NCBI GenBank assembly: GCA_963786935.1
Contig: CAWBAN010000001.1
Location: 1 to 64,000, forward strand
Length of the DNA stretch: 64,000 nt
Origin: an uncultured bacterium
GTDB taxonomy: Bacteria; Krumholzibacteriota; Krumholzibacteriia; Krumholzibacteriales; Krumholzibacteriaceae
Reading direction: 5' to 3'
A program made the translations under genes and the position numbers. Numbering within the stretch: position 1 is the stretch's first letter; each line of letters opens with the position of its first letter. Shown piece after piece: positions 8,392-18,519 of this stretch. The notes below the pieces were generated by a model. The model saw nothing but the letters and a program-made list of their open reading frames with translations, did no database searches and was not told where the DNA came from.

Positions 8392-9633
8392 ATGACTCGA
8401 AAAGGGACCCTTGGGATATGCGGGATCGCGGCGCTTGCTCTTTCAGCCGCGGCGATCGTTCTCTCGCTGCCGGAGCGGTGCGGCGCGATTCCGGCCTTCA
8501 CGCGCGCGAGCGGTATGTCATGCGCCGCATGCCACGCGCCGGTTCCGCTCCTCACCGAGCTCGGGGAGGAATTCGCCGAAAACGGATACCACCTCGGCGG
8601 GGCGTCATCTCCGGAAGAGGTTGTCGACACCGGCGACTCGCTCCTCGCTTTGGAGCGGACGCTGCCGCTCTCCGTCCGGATCGACGCCTTCGCCGCCTAC
8701 TTTCAATCGGAGGATGATGGTCGGACCGATCTCGAGACGCCCTACATGGTCAAGGCGCTCGCCGTCGGAACGCTCTCACAGAAGATATCGTTCTATTTGA
8801 GCTTCGTGGCTTCCGACCGGGGCGATGTTATGGGAGTCATGGATGCCTCGGTCAAATTCTCGGACCTTTTCGGGCTGCCGCTCGAGTTCTCGCTCGGCCA
8901 GTTTCAGATCGTCGAGACGCCCTTCGACCGGATGCAGCGGATCACCTACGAAGATTATGCGATCTACACGACGAAGATCGGCATGAGTCCGACCGACCTC
9001 ACGTACGATCGCGGCGTGGAGCTCTCGCTCGCCCCGTGGGAGGGCTCCGAGCTATCCGTCGAAGTCGTGAACGGCAACGGCATCGATCCCGCGGAGGACT
9101 ATTTCGACGATGACAACTGGAAGAACGTTTTGTTCCGGGCCTCCCAAAAAGCGGGCCCCGTCGGTATCGGGGCGTTCGGGTATCTATGCCAGAACTCGAC
9201 CTGGCGCGGAACCGAATGGGCGGAGAATCGTCATTACTACTGGGGCCTCGATGCGGCGGCCGCGATCGGCGGGGATCTCCGAATCGCCGCGCAGTTCTTG
9301 CAGCGCATCGACGAGAATCCCTTCCTGCGACTTTCGAATGTATACCAGACGACCACGAACGGCGTTCTCGCCCAGGCGGTGTGGGCGGTGCGCGGCGAGG
9401 GAGGCCGGTCGTTCGTCACCCTCCTCTATAATTTCGTGGGATCGAACGTCGACGAGAAGTATTCGAACTTTTTCGATTTTTGGTTCCATCAACCTTCGCC
9501 CCTCGAGTATGAGTCGGCGACGGTCAATTTCTCGTATCTCCTGAGGCGGAACCTCCGCATCACCACCGAGGCCACGTATCGGCTGAGCGATGAGACATCG
9601 GCCTTCGTTGCCGGCATGGTCACAGCCTTCTAG
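8392..9633 (+). CDS. Cyc2-like monoheme cytochrome c-porin fusion
   Basis: Signal peptide, IPAFTRASGMSCAACH...LTELGEEFAENGY, beta-strand-rich body, C-terminal Phe. Confidence 0.8.
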   Translation: MTRKGTLGICGIAALALSAAAIVLSLPERCGAIPAFTRASGMSCAACHAPVPLLTELGEEFAENGYHLGGASSPEEVVDTGDSLLALERTLPLSVRIDAFAAYFQSEDDGRTDLETPYMVKALAVGTLSQKISFYLSFVASDRGDVMGVMDASVKFSDLFGLPLEFSLGQFQIVETPFDRMQRITYEDYAIYTTKIGMSPTDLTYDRGVELSLAPWEGSELSVEVVNGNGIDPAEDYFDDDNWKNVLFRASQKAGPVGIGAFGYLCQNSTWRGTEWAENRHYYWGLDAAAAIGGDLRIAAQFLQRIDENPFLRLSNVYQTTTNGVLAQAVWAVRGEGGRSFVTLLYNFVGSNVDEKYSNFFDFWFHQPSPLEYESATVNFSYLLRRNLRITTEATYRLSDETSAFVAGMVTAF

Positions 9634-9737
9634 CCCGCGTAAGACATAGCTTATTTTTTCTGTACCCAAAGGGCGATTGTGCTATCATTGAGAAAATTGG
9701 CGTGAGCCCTGACGGTCGATTTTCGGAGGTGGCGTGA

Positions 9738-10343
9738 GTGCAGGACAATAAGGACATGGGCGCTCGGGCGCCGCGGGACGGCTTGAAATTCTACGAGAAG
9801 CTCCTGATCGCGCTCGTGTTCGGGGCGGTCTTCGGCCTGCTGGAGCTCTTCGGACGCGACGCGCTGCGCGCCGCCGGCGTCGAGCACAAATCGGCCCTGC
9901 TCTATGGCATCGGCATCATTATTCTCTATGCATCGAAGCGCGTGGCTCATTTCCCCGGCTCGGTCGCCCTCATGGCGCTGATCGCGAGCGTGTTCAAGGC
10001 CACTTCCAGCAATTTCTATCCCTGTACGGTCGCCGCGGTGATGATCAACGGCGTCGTTTTCGATATCGCCTACTCGACCTTCAGGGGACGCCTCGATTCA
10101 AGCCTTCTGCTCCGGACGATCGCCGCGCCGGTCATCGTCTACGTGTCGTACGCGGCATTCGCCATTCTCGCCGCATTCGTCCTGAAAGAGGGATCGTGGG
10201 GCACGGACGGTTGGGCGGGAGTGCGTTCGTACCTGTTCACCTCCGCGGTCTCCGCGTCGCTCTACTCGATCGTGACGATACATCTCGGGTATTATCTCGG
10301 TAACGCCATCCGGCCCCTGGTCCGGCTGCGCAAGCTGGCGTGA
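9738..10343 (+). CDS. Integral membrane protein of unknown function
   Basis: About 5-6 hydrophobic segments; GGAGG RBS. Confidence 0.7.
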   Translation: MQDNKDMGARAPRDGLKFYEKLLIALVFGAVFGLLELFGRDALRAAGVEHKSALLYGIGIIILYASKRVAHFPGSVALMALIASVFKATSSNFYPCTVAAVMINGVVFDIAYSTFRGRLDSSLLLRTIAAPVIVYVSYAAFAILAAFVLKEGSWGTDGWAGVRSYLFTSAVSASLYSIVTIHLGYYLGNAIRPLVRLRKLA

Positions 10344-10377
10344 GCCGCCGCTGGCGGGCCCGCGCGCATTCGGGGGA

Positions 10378-10797
10378 ATGATGGAACGCAAACGAATCAA
10401 GATAACGCAGGGCAAGTGCAGCGGCTGCCGCCTGTGCATGCAGATCTGCGCGATCGCCCACTACCACGAAACGAATCCCAAGAAGGCCGCGCTGAAAATC
10501 GAGCAGCATTTCCCGCAGCCGGGGATTTTCAAGCCCAAAGTCTGCGTGCAGTGCGGCAAATGTATGGAGGTCTGCCCCGAGGGCGCGATCTCCCGCCGCG
10601 ACGACGGCGCCTACATCGTGGACTTCGAGAAGTGCACCAACTGCGGCACCTGCATCCCGGCCTGCAAGCCCGGCGTGATATTCCAGCACCGCGACCTCGA
10701 TCACGTCATCATCTGCGACAACTGTTTCAAGTGCACGAACCTCTGCAACACCGGCGCGATCACCATGTTCATCCAACCGGCAAAGGAGAGCGCGTGA
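10378..10797 (+). CDS. 4Fe-4S polyferredoxin subunit of AOR
   Basis: Repeated CxxCxxCxxxC motifs; TGATG coupling to AOR. Confidence 0.9.
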   Translation: MMERKRIKITQGKCSGCRLCMQICAIAHYHETNPKKAALKIEQHFPQPGIFKPKVCVQCGKCMEVCPEGAISRRDDGAYIVDFEKCTNCGTCIPACKPGVIFQHRDLDHVIICDNCFKCTNLCNTGAITMFIQPAKESA

Positions 10798-12810
10798 TGG
10801 CGGCAAAAGGCGCAAAAGGCTCGAAGGGCGCTAAGGGCTCCACGGGCGCTAAGGCCTCGAAGGGCGCACCGAGCGCGAAGCGCGTCAAGAGCTCCGACGG
10901 GCTCGCCGGCACGACGCTGCGCATCGACCTCACGACCGGCCGGATCACGAGACAGCCCACCGACAAGAAGCTGATGCGCGATTGGTACGGCGGGCGCGGC
11001 GTGGTCGCGAAGATTCTCTATGACGAGGTGCCCCGCGACGCGGATCCCTTCGGTCCCGAGAATCTCTTCATCATGACCGCCGGGGTCATGAGCGGCTGCT
11101 TCATCCCGGCGGGCGCCAAGATCGAGTTCGGCTCGATCTCTCCGCTGACCAACGGCCATGGCGACTCCAACATGGGCGGCCATCTGGGCCCGGCCCTCAA
11201 GTTCGCCGGCTACGATACGGTGATCTTCTCCGGCATCTCCCCGAAGCCGGTCTATCTCTACATCGACGACGAAACGGTCGAGCTCCGCGACGCCTCGAAG
11301 TACTGGGGCATGGGATCGCTCGAATGCGAGCCGGCGCTGAAGAAGGAGCTCGGCGAGGATTTCGAGATCGCCACGATCGGGCCGGCCGGCGAGAACGGCA
11401 TCCGCTTCTCGTGCATCACCCACGACTACGGCCGCCAGGCGGGACGCACCGGGCAGGGGGCCGTCATGGGCTCGAAGAAGCTCAAGGCGATCGCCGTCCG
11501 GGGGAGCGGCGCGATCCACGTGCACGATCTCGACAAGCTCACCGAGCACGTCACGGCCATCATCAAGCGGACGCAGGTCCATCCGAACATGGCGCCGTGG
11601 CAGAAATACGGCACCTCCTTCTTCGTCGGCTGGTCCAATAACAACGCGGTTCTCCCGACCCGGAACTTCCAGACCACGTATTTCGAGGACGCCGAGGCCA
11701 TCGACGGCCCCGCGCTCGTGGAGAAGTGCTTCATCTCCCACAAGGCCTGCTCCGGCTGCTGGATGAACTGCGGCAAATACGTGAAGGCCGAGGTGCCGGG
11801 GAAGGAGAAGGTCTTCCTCGAGGGCCCGGAGTATGAGACGGGCTCGCTGTGCGGCTCGAACCTCGGCATGAAAGACATCAACCATGTCGCCTACCTGAAC
11901 TGGCTGATGGACAACGTCGGCATGGACACGATGTCGGGAGGAGGCGTGGTGGCCTTCGGCATGGAATGCTTCCAGCGCGGGCTCATCACGAAGGACGATC
12001 TCGAGGGGCATACGCTCGAGTGGGGCTCGGTGGATGACGCCGAGCACTTCGTCGACATGATCGTGCATCGCCGCGGGATCGGCGAGCATTTCGCGGGGGG
12101 CACCAAGCGCGCCGCGGAGAAGATCGGACGGGGCAGCGAGAAATTCGCCATGCAGGTCAAGGGCATGGAGATGTCGGGCTACGACGGCCGCTACGCCCCG
12201 GGCATGATGCTCTCGTACATGACGGCCGACATCGGCGCCCATCACAACCGCTCGTGGACGATCACGGTCGACATGGCCGAGGGGCAGGACAAGGTCGAGG
12301 GGCGCGCGAAGGTCGTCGTCTACCTGCAGCATATCCGGCCGCTCTTCGACAGCTGGTGCATCTGCCGCCTCTTCTGGGGCGAGCTCGACATCGAGCCGGA
12401 GGAGGTCGTCGAGGCGCTCAATCACATCACCGGATGGAATGTCGAATCTGCCGAGGCGTCTCAAGACCTCGGAGAAGATGTGGAATCTCGTGCGGTGCCA
12501 TTACCTCGAACGCAACCGGGCCAACGGCCGCACGTTCGACTACCCGCCGGCGCGCGCCTGGGAGGACAAGATCCCGAGCGGCCCGAACGCCGGCAAGGGG
12601 CTCACCAAAGAGCAGATCGAGACGATGCTCGACGAGTATTACGCCTGCCGCGGGTGGGACAACGACGGCAACCCCACGCGCGAGCTGCTGCACGATTTGA
12701 ATCTCGATTTCGCGGCGGACACTATCGAGAAGCTCGGGCTCCTCGGGAAGCCGCTTCCGAACGGCATTCCCGCGGTCCGCGGCGAACGGTACAAGCCGAA
12801 GGCGTTCTAG
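10797..12810 (+). CDS. Aldehyde:ferredoxin oxidoreductase (tungstopterin family); +1 frameshift near 12459
   Basis: GGRG, SPLT, IGPAGE, AGRTGQGAVMGSKKLKAIAV, GPEYET, EYYACRGWD; removing one base gives about 670 aa. Confidence 0.9.
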
Positions 12811-12861
12811 CGCCGGGCTGCGCGCCCGATAGCGGGGCGCGCTCATATGACGAGGTGAACG

Positions 12862-13101
12862 ATGACCGTATTCCTTCGAGCCGGCGGCAACCTTCGCGCG
12901 ATGATCAAGCCCGACGTCGATCATTACACCCGCAAGGTCGAGATCGAGGGCGAAAAGACGATCGGTGAAATTCTCCAGCACATTTCGCTGAATCCCGCCT
13001 TCGTCGCGCTCATGTATGTCGACGGCGCGATGAAGGACCTGTCTTACAAGCCGGCCGACGGCGAGATCATTACTCTCCAGCCGCCCGTGTCCGGCGGCTG
13101 A
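12862..13101 (+). CDS. MoaD/ThiS-family sulfur carrier
   Basis: 79 aa ending PPVSGG. Confidence 0.9.
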   Translation: MTVFLRAGGNLRAMIKPDVDHYTRKVEIEGEKTIGEILQHISLNPAFVALMYVDGAMKDLSYKPADGEIITLQPPVSGG

Positions 13102-13113
13102 GGTTGGCCTCCC

Positions 13114-13878
13114 ATGCCGCTGTCGAAACCGGAAATGGAAAGATACCGGCGCCAGCTCACGGTCGACGGCTGGGATCAGGAGAAGCTCCGGCGCGCCCGG
13201 GTTCTCGTGGCCGGGGTCGGCGGATTGGGCGGCGTCAGCGCGACGTATCTCGCCGTGGCCGGCGTCGGGCATCTGCGCATCTGCGACAGCGACAAGGTCG
13301 AGCTCTCGAACCTGAATCGCCAGATCCTGTACACGGAGGCGGATATCGGGAAGCCCAAGGCGATGCTGGCGGTGAAGCGGCTCTCGGCGCTGAATCCCGA
13401 TATACAAATCGATGCCGTGCTGGACACGCTGACCGGGACCAACGCCGCCGAGCTCGCCTCGGGGTGCGACCTGATCGTCGACGGTCTCGATAATCACGCC
13501 GGCCGCCTGATGCTGAACAGAGCGTCGTTCGATCTCAAGATCCCTTACGTGTATGGGGCGATCAACGAGTGGCTCGGGCAGCTGAGCCTTTTCAATCCCC
13601 CGAAAACCGCCTGCCTCGCGTGTCTCATGCGCGGGGAGCCGGGAAATGCCGGGCCGGCGCAGAAAACCGGGCCGACTCAGAATCCCGGGCCGACGCCGGT
13701 GTTCGGGGCGCTCGCGGCCGCGGTCGGATCGCTTCAGGCGACGCTGGCGCTGCGATACCTGATGACCGGCGAGAACACGGCCGCGAACACGCTCCTGATC
13801 CTCCGCGCCGATACGATGGCGTTCGAGCGGGTGACGTTCGAGAGAAGGCCGGGGTGCGCGGTGTGCGGGAGGGCGTAG
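13114..13878 (+). CDS. MoeB/ThiF-family adenylyltransferase
   Basis: RYRRQ, GVGGLG, ELSNLNRQ, two CxxC motifs. Confidence 0.92.
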   Translation: MPLSKPEMERYRRQLTVDGWDQEKLRRARVLVAGVGGLGGVSATYLAVAGVGHLRICDSDKVELSNLNRQILYTEADIGKPKAMLAVKRLSALNPDIQIDAVLDTLTGTNAAELASGCDLIVDGLDNHAGRLMLNRASFDLKIPYVYGAINEWLGQLSLFNPPKTACLACLMRGEPGNAGPAQKTGPTQNPGPTPVFGALAAAVGSLQATLALRYLMTGENTAANTLLILRADTMAFERVTFERRPGCAVCGRA

Positions 13879-13882
13879 CGGC

Positions 13883-14473
13883 GTGCCGCCTGATTTCAAA
13901 ACCGCTGAGAAAAAGTACGCCGTGCTCTTCGATCGGCTCGGCGCGCGGCGCGAGCAAATTCTCCAGCTCAAATCGTTCCTCGAGAAGGAGACGGACTGGC
14001 TGACGGCGCCCGTCCTCAAGCGCGCCCCCATGGACGTGGAGCGCGGCCTCCTCGCGCACTCCGTCGGCGTGACGGAGACCGCCCTCAGGATCAAGGATCT
14101 CGTCGCGCCGGACATCGCGGACGAATCGATCATCGTCACGGCGCTCTTTCACGACGTGGGGAAGCTGGATTATCCCGGAAAGCCGGGCCGCCCCGGCATG
14201 CCGGACAATCCCGGGAATCTCTTGCGTCCGGCCGGCGCCGGCGAGCCTCCGCGCCGGGGCCGCAACCACGCGCTGCGGAGCCTCGAGCTCGTGAGCAGGT
14301 TCGTCCCGCTGACCGAGGAAGAGTCGCAGGCCATCGCCGCGCACGACGGCCTCGTGCCGGTGGAAGGCGGCGTGGTCAACCTCGAGTATTACCGCAAGGG
14401 ATCCCGCCTCACAATGATTCTGCATTTTGCCGACCTCTGGACCGCCGCGGTGGTGGAGGAGGGGCGGGGATAG
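13883..14473 (+). CDS. HD-domain protein, diverged paralog of 1-548
   Basis: GLLAHS, LFHDVGK, AHDG, LHFAD. Confidence 0.85.
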   Translation: MPPDFKTAEKKYAVLFDRLGARREQILQLKSFLEKETDWLTAPVLKRAPMDVERGLLAHSVGVTETALRIKDLVAPDIADESIIVTALFHDVGKLDYPGKPGRPGMPDNPGNLLRPAGAGEPPRRGRNHALRSLELVSRFVPLTEEESQAIAAHDGLVPVEGGVVNLEYYRKGSRLTMILHFADLWTAAVVEEGRG

Positions 14474-14553
14474 ATCGCGCGGTCGGTCGGCATTTTTCAT
14501 GAAACTTTCGGGTGTCGTGTGGGGTCTAAAGTCTGTGCCCCTGAACTCGGAGG

Positions 14554-15669
14554 TTGATGTTGATGAAAGCGATCGTGATCACGCGGAGGCGACATTCCGC
14601 GTTCGAATTCTCGCTGATATTGGCCTGCACGATTCTGCTTATGGCATTCTCTCACGGCCAGGCGCGCGGAGAAGTCACCGAGCTCTACCGCACCGAAGAG
14701 ATAACCATACCGGCGGGCGATTTCACCGTCGTGGGCGATCTGTACATCCCGGTGAAAGGCGAGAGGCACCCGCTCGTGGTATGGGTGCATGGCTCGGGTC
14801 CTCTGACGCGCCAGATAATGGTGCCGCTCATCAAGCCTCAGATCGAGGTGTTTCTCAAGGCCGGCTTCGCTTTCTTCATCGATGACATTCCCGGCGCCGG
14901 GAGCTCGAAAGGCGTCATATCGAAAGTGTACCGCGATCGGTCCATGATTCTCTGCGAAGAGGTGAAGCTCTTGAAGAGCCGCCCGGATATCCTCCCGGAT
15001 CAGGTCGGCGTAGCCGGCCATAGCCAGGCGGGCGTCGTGATGCCGCTCGCCCTGCAGAGCGCATGCGGCATCGGGTTCATGATCGCGGAGGCCTGCCCTG
15101 CCGAGAATGCCGCCGAGCAGGAAGCCTTTCTGCTCGAGAAGTTCCTGATCTGCGAAGGTTATCCGCCGGAGGAGGGCCGGAAGGCCGGGCAGATGCTCTT
15201 GCAGCGGTACCATGCGAAGAGCTACGACGATTATCGCGAGGCCGCCGAGTTCATCAACGACCACCCGGCCGCGGGGCAGTACTTCGCGGATTCGCTGGTT
15301 GCGGAGAATGAATTCGTGCCGCGTAAGGAATCGTCGCCCCTGTTTCTGGACCCGATGAAGATCGTCGCCGAAACCACGATCCCCGTTCTCGCCCTGTTCG
15401 GGGAAAGGGACTGCAATGTGGATCCCGTTCAGGGAGTGGAGGCTTACGAAAAGGCCCTGAAGACGGCGGGAAACGGTTTTTATCGTGTCGAAACGATCCC
15501 CGGCGCCAACCATATGCTCTACGCCACCAAGACCGGTTGCGCCCGGGAGCTTATGGAGCAGGTGCAAAGGGGCGAGCCCCATTTCGCTCCCGCCGTGTTG
15601 ACCGTGCTCGCCGACTGGCTGGAAGAGCTCAAGGGACATCTCGGAGAGAAGGGGCCCGCTGCCGGGTGA
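14554..15669 (+). CDS. Secreted alpha/beta hydrolase (start uncertain)
   Basis: VHGSGP, GHSQAG nucleophile elbow, GERD, GANH. Confidence 0.85.
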   Translation: MMLMKAIVITRRRHSAFEFSLILACTILLMAFSHGQARGEVTELYRTEEITIPAGDFTVVGDLYIPVKGERHPLVVWVHGSGPLTRQIMVPLIKPQIEVFLKAGFAFFIDDIPGAGSSKGVISKVYRDRSMILCEEVKLLKSRPDILPDQVGVAGHSQAGVVMPLALQSACGIGFMIAEACPAENAAEQEAFLLEKFLICEGYPPEEGRKAGQMLLQRYHAKSYDDYREAAEFINDHPAAGQYFADSLVAENEFVPRKESSPLFLDPMKIVAETTIPVLALFGERDCNVDPVQGVEAYEKALKTAGNGFYRVETIPGANHMLYATKTGCARELMEQVQRGEPHFAPAVLTVLADWLEELKGHLGEKGPAAG

Positions 15670-15709
15670 TGAGCGGCGCGGCTGCACAGGGAAGAAGGCC
15701 ATCAAAACC

Positions 15710-16138
15710 ATGGCGCAGGAAATCAAGGTCGACGTCGATCTCGCGAATCAGAAGGTTCGATTCACCGGCGCGGCACGTACGAATCCGCCGGTCACCTTCG
15801 ACTACGATCCTCCCCTCGGAGACGGGCGGGGCTACACGGGCCTCGAGGGGCTCCTCATGAGCCTCGCGGCCTGCAGCGCGACGGCGATCGTTGCGTTGCT
15901 CAGGCAGATGCGCAAGAGCGTCGCGGGTTTCCGCGTCGAGGCGAGCGGCACGCGGCGCGAGACTCATCCGACGTGCTTCGATAAGATCTCTCTCAAGTTC
16001 ATTGTCACTTCCGCCGACGCGGGCGCCGAGGATGTGGAGAAAGCGATCCGCCTGTCCGAGGAATCGATTTGCCCCGTATGGGCGATGCTCAAGGGGAACG
16101 TCGAGATCCGGAGCGCGTTCGAGATCCGGAAGCCCTGA
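15710..16138 (+). CDS. OsmC-family protein
   Basis: LLMSLAAC ... CPVWAML cysteine pair. Confidence 0.88.
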   Translation: MAQEIKVDVDLANQKVRFTGAARTNPPVTFDYDPPLGDGRGYTGLEGLLMSLAACSATAIVALLRQMRKSVAGFRVEASGTRRETHPTCFDKISLKFIVTSADAGAEDVEKAIRLSEESICPVWAMLKGNVEIRSAFEIRKP

Positions 16139-16274
16139 GGCGCACTCGATCGGACCGCGTCGGCCGTCGCCATCCGATCGCCTCTATCCGGCCCTCTCTC
16201 CGCCATTGAACCGATCCCCCGATTTGCGGTATAATTGTACTACTCGAATTGCTCATCTACCGGGGGGTAATGTC

Positions 16275-18497
16275 ATGAAGCGTATCGCTATAGCGGTTTT
16301 TTCAATTCTGATCATCTCGGCCGCGGCGCCGCTCGGCGCGCAGGTGATTTCCACCTTCGACACTGACCTCGACGGCTGGCGCATCATAGGCGACAACTCG
16401 GCCGTCTGGCAGTCGACCGGCGGCAATCCCGGCGGCTGTCTCGACGTGAACGACCGTGCCGTCGGCGAGATGAACTGGGCGTCGGCACCGAACAAGTTCC
16501 TCGGAAACTGGAGCGCGTTCACGCCGGCCGATTCGATATTCTTCGACATCTACGAGGTGAACACGAGCGGGGGCGCATGGACTCCCTCTCATCATGTGAG
16601 GATTGAGGGCCCCGGCGGCGCCGCCTGGGCGAACGATATTCGGGTGGTGACTCCTCCGGCGCAGGGAGTCTGGATCCACGTGCGGATCATGTTCGCGCCG
16701 GAGGTCTGGACGCTCGAGTCGGGCACGTGGCTGGGGCTCCTCGCGAACGTCACCTCCGTCCGCATATTCGCCGAATGGGTGAACGGCGGCGAAACGACGT
16801 GGCTCGATAACATCGGCTTGTCGCGCACGCCGGGTTCCATTTACGGGCAGTGCCTCGAGAACACCTTCGCCGCGGCCGGCATCGGCGACTGGAGCTTTCA
16901 GCAGGCAGGCGCGACCTCGAATCCGGGCGCGGGGGGAAACACGGGCGGGTTCCTGCAGATCGCGGATGCCACGGGGCACTCGTACGCCTTCGCGCCATCC
17001 ATGTTCCTCGGCGACTGGTCGCAATACGAGCTTGCCGGATTCGTCACGGTCGACATACGCATCCTGAGCTCTTCGGGGACGAACCTCGGCTCGCCCGATT
17101 TCATCAGAATTTCGGGGCCGGGTGGCGCGGCGCACGTCGCTCTTGCCGCCGGGGATCTGAATATGGCCCCCCGCGTATGGAAGACCTTCTCCTTTCCGGT
17201 CGATTTCCACGATTGGACCATCGACTCGGGCGCCTGGAACGATCTCATCGCGAACGTCACCGAGTGCCGCATCGACGCCGAGTATTTCGACAACACGGAG
17301 ACGATCGGGCTCGACAACTTCGGGCTTCGCCTGGATAGCTGCCCGCGGATCGACGACCTCGTCGAGATGCATGACACGGCCTACGACCGGTGCTCCACCA
17401 TGAGCCTCGTCGGCGTCTCGGTCGTCGCCCTGAACCCGATGGACGGTGAGCTTTACGCGCTCGCCCGCTCGAGCGGCGACGGGTTCTATCACATGACGGG
17501 AGGTCTGGCGGGGCAGCTCATTCAGACCTACAGCGATCCCGCCGATCTCGTCTTCGCGCCGAACGGCGACGCATTCATCTCCGAGGACTACAGCGGCAAC
17601 ATCTACCGGAAGGCGTGGGGCGGCGCATCGAGCGTCTGGGTGGCGGGATTCCACTTCGGGGACGACGATCCGTACGGTATGACGTTCGCTCCCCCGGGCT
17701 TTGATGGCGCGAACGTGAATCCCGGCGACATCCTCGTGTCGGACCGTGGGAACGGCAGCGCCGACGAGATATGGAGCTTCTCGCCGTCCGTGGCGGAGGG
17801 GGAGCTGCTCGTCATGAGCGATCCGGGCGAAATCGATTTCTTCGACCTGTGCGCGGCCGGATACGACACGGTGTACATCGCCGACGCGCTCGACGGCAAT
17901 CATATCCGTCTCCTGCGGGACGACGGCGCGCTCGGCGGTTTCGCGCTCGATCCGCCGCTCGCGATGCCGTGCAGCGTCGTGTACGATTCGCTCATGGACG
18001 TGCTCTTCGTGGCGGACGCGAGCACGAAATCGATCCATCGCGTAAATCCGCACACCGGCGCCTGGACGCTCGTCGCGGATGGTTTTTCGGCGTTCAGTCC
18101 CTGTTGCCTCGAAATCGATGTCCCGGGGCGCCGTCTCTACGTCGCCGACGCCGGCTACAACCGCGTCTACGAGATCTGCCTCGAGACGGTGACGGCGGTG
18201 GACGGGACCGCGCCGCGCGCCTCGTCGCTCGCGCTGCGCGCCTACCCGAATCCGTTCAACCCGTCGGTGACGCTTGTGTACACGCTCGCGGAGCCGTCGC
18301 AAGTGCGCATAGGGATCTATGACGCGGCGGGGCGCCTCGTGCGCACGCTCCTCGACGAGAGGCGTGAAGCCGGCGATCACCGCGCGTTCTGGAACGGCCG
18401 CGATGCCGCTGGAAAGCCCGCGGCGGCGGGTGTATACTTCGCGCGCATCGAGGCCCTCGAAAAAACCGAGGCGCGCAAGCTCGTCCTCGTACGATAA
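16275..18497 (+). CDS. Secreted protein: two laminin-B-like domains, beta-propeller, FlgD-Ig/T9SS-like tail
   Basis: Duplicated GGN(P/T)GG..AP..FLG.W..I.GPGG..LDN.GL unit; YPNPFNP tail. Confidence 0.8.
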   Translation: MKRIAIAVFSILIISAAAPLGAQVISTFDTDLDGWRIIGDNSAVWQSTGGNPGGCLDVNDRAVGEMNWASAPNKFLGNWSAFTPADSIFFDIYEVNTSGGAWTPSHHVRIEGPGGAAWANDIRVVTPPAQGVWIHVRIMFAPEVWTLESGTWLGLLANVTSVRIFAEWVNGGETTWLDNIGLSRTPGSIYGQCLENTFAAAGIGDWSFQQAGATSNPGAGGNTGGFLQIADATGHSYAFAPSMFLGDWSQYELAGFVTVDIRILSSSGTNLGSPDFIRISGPGGAAHVALAAGDLNMAPRVWKTFSFPVDFHDWTIDSGAWNDLIANVTECRIDAEYFDNTETIGLDNFGLRLDSCPRIDDLVEMHDTAYDRCSTMSLVGVSVVALNPMDGELYALARSSGDGFYHMTGGLAGQLIQTYSDPADLVFAPNGDAFISEDYSGNIYRKAWGGASSVWVAGFHFGDDDPYGMTFAPPGFDGANVNPGDILVSDRGNGSADEIWSFSPSVAEGELLVMSDPGEIDFFDLCAAGYDTVYIADALDGNHIRLLRDDGALGGFALDPPLAMPCSVVYDSLMDVLFVADASTKSIHRVNPHTGAWTLVADGFSAFSPCCLEIDVPGRRLYVADAGYNRVYEICLETVTAVDGTAPRASSLALRAYPNPFNPSVTLVYTLAEPSQVRIGIYDAAGRLVRTLLDERREAGDHRAFWNGRDAAGKPAAAGVYFARIEALEKTEARKLVLVR

Positions 18498-18519
18498 GCT
18501 TTCGAGGTGAGGGAATCAT

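Noticed and set aside
10701..12464. Long antisense ORFs (also 16302-18380, 23909-25561, 41480-43852, 60138-61622)
   Set aside because: Shadows of recognisable genes on the opposite strand, expected with high GC3; no motifs
12440..12470. Programmed frameshift in AOR
   Set aside because: No slippery run; resembles the other scattered indels
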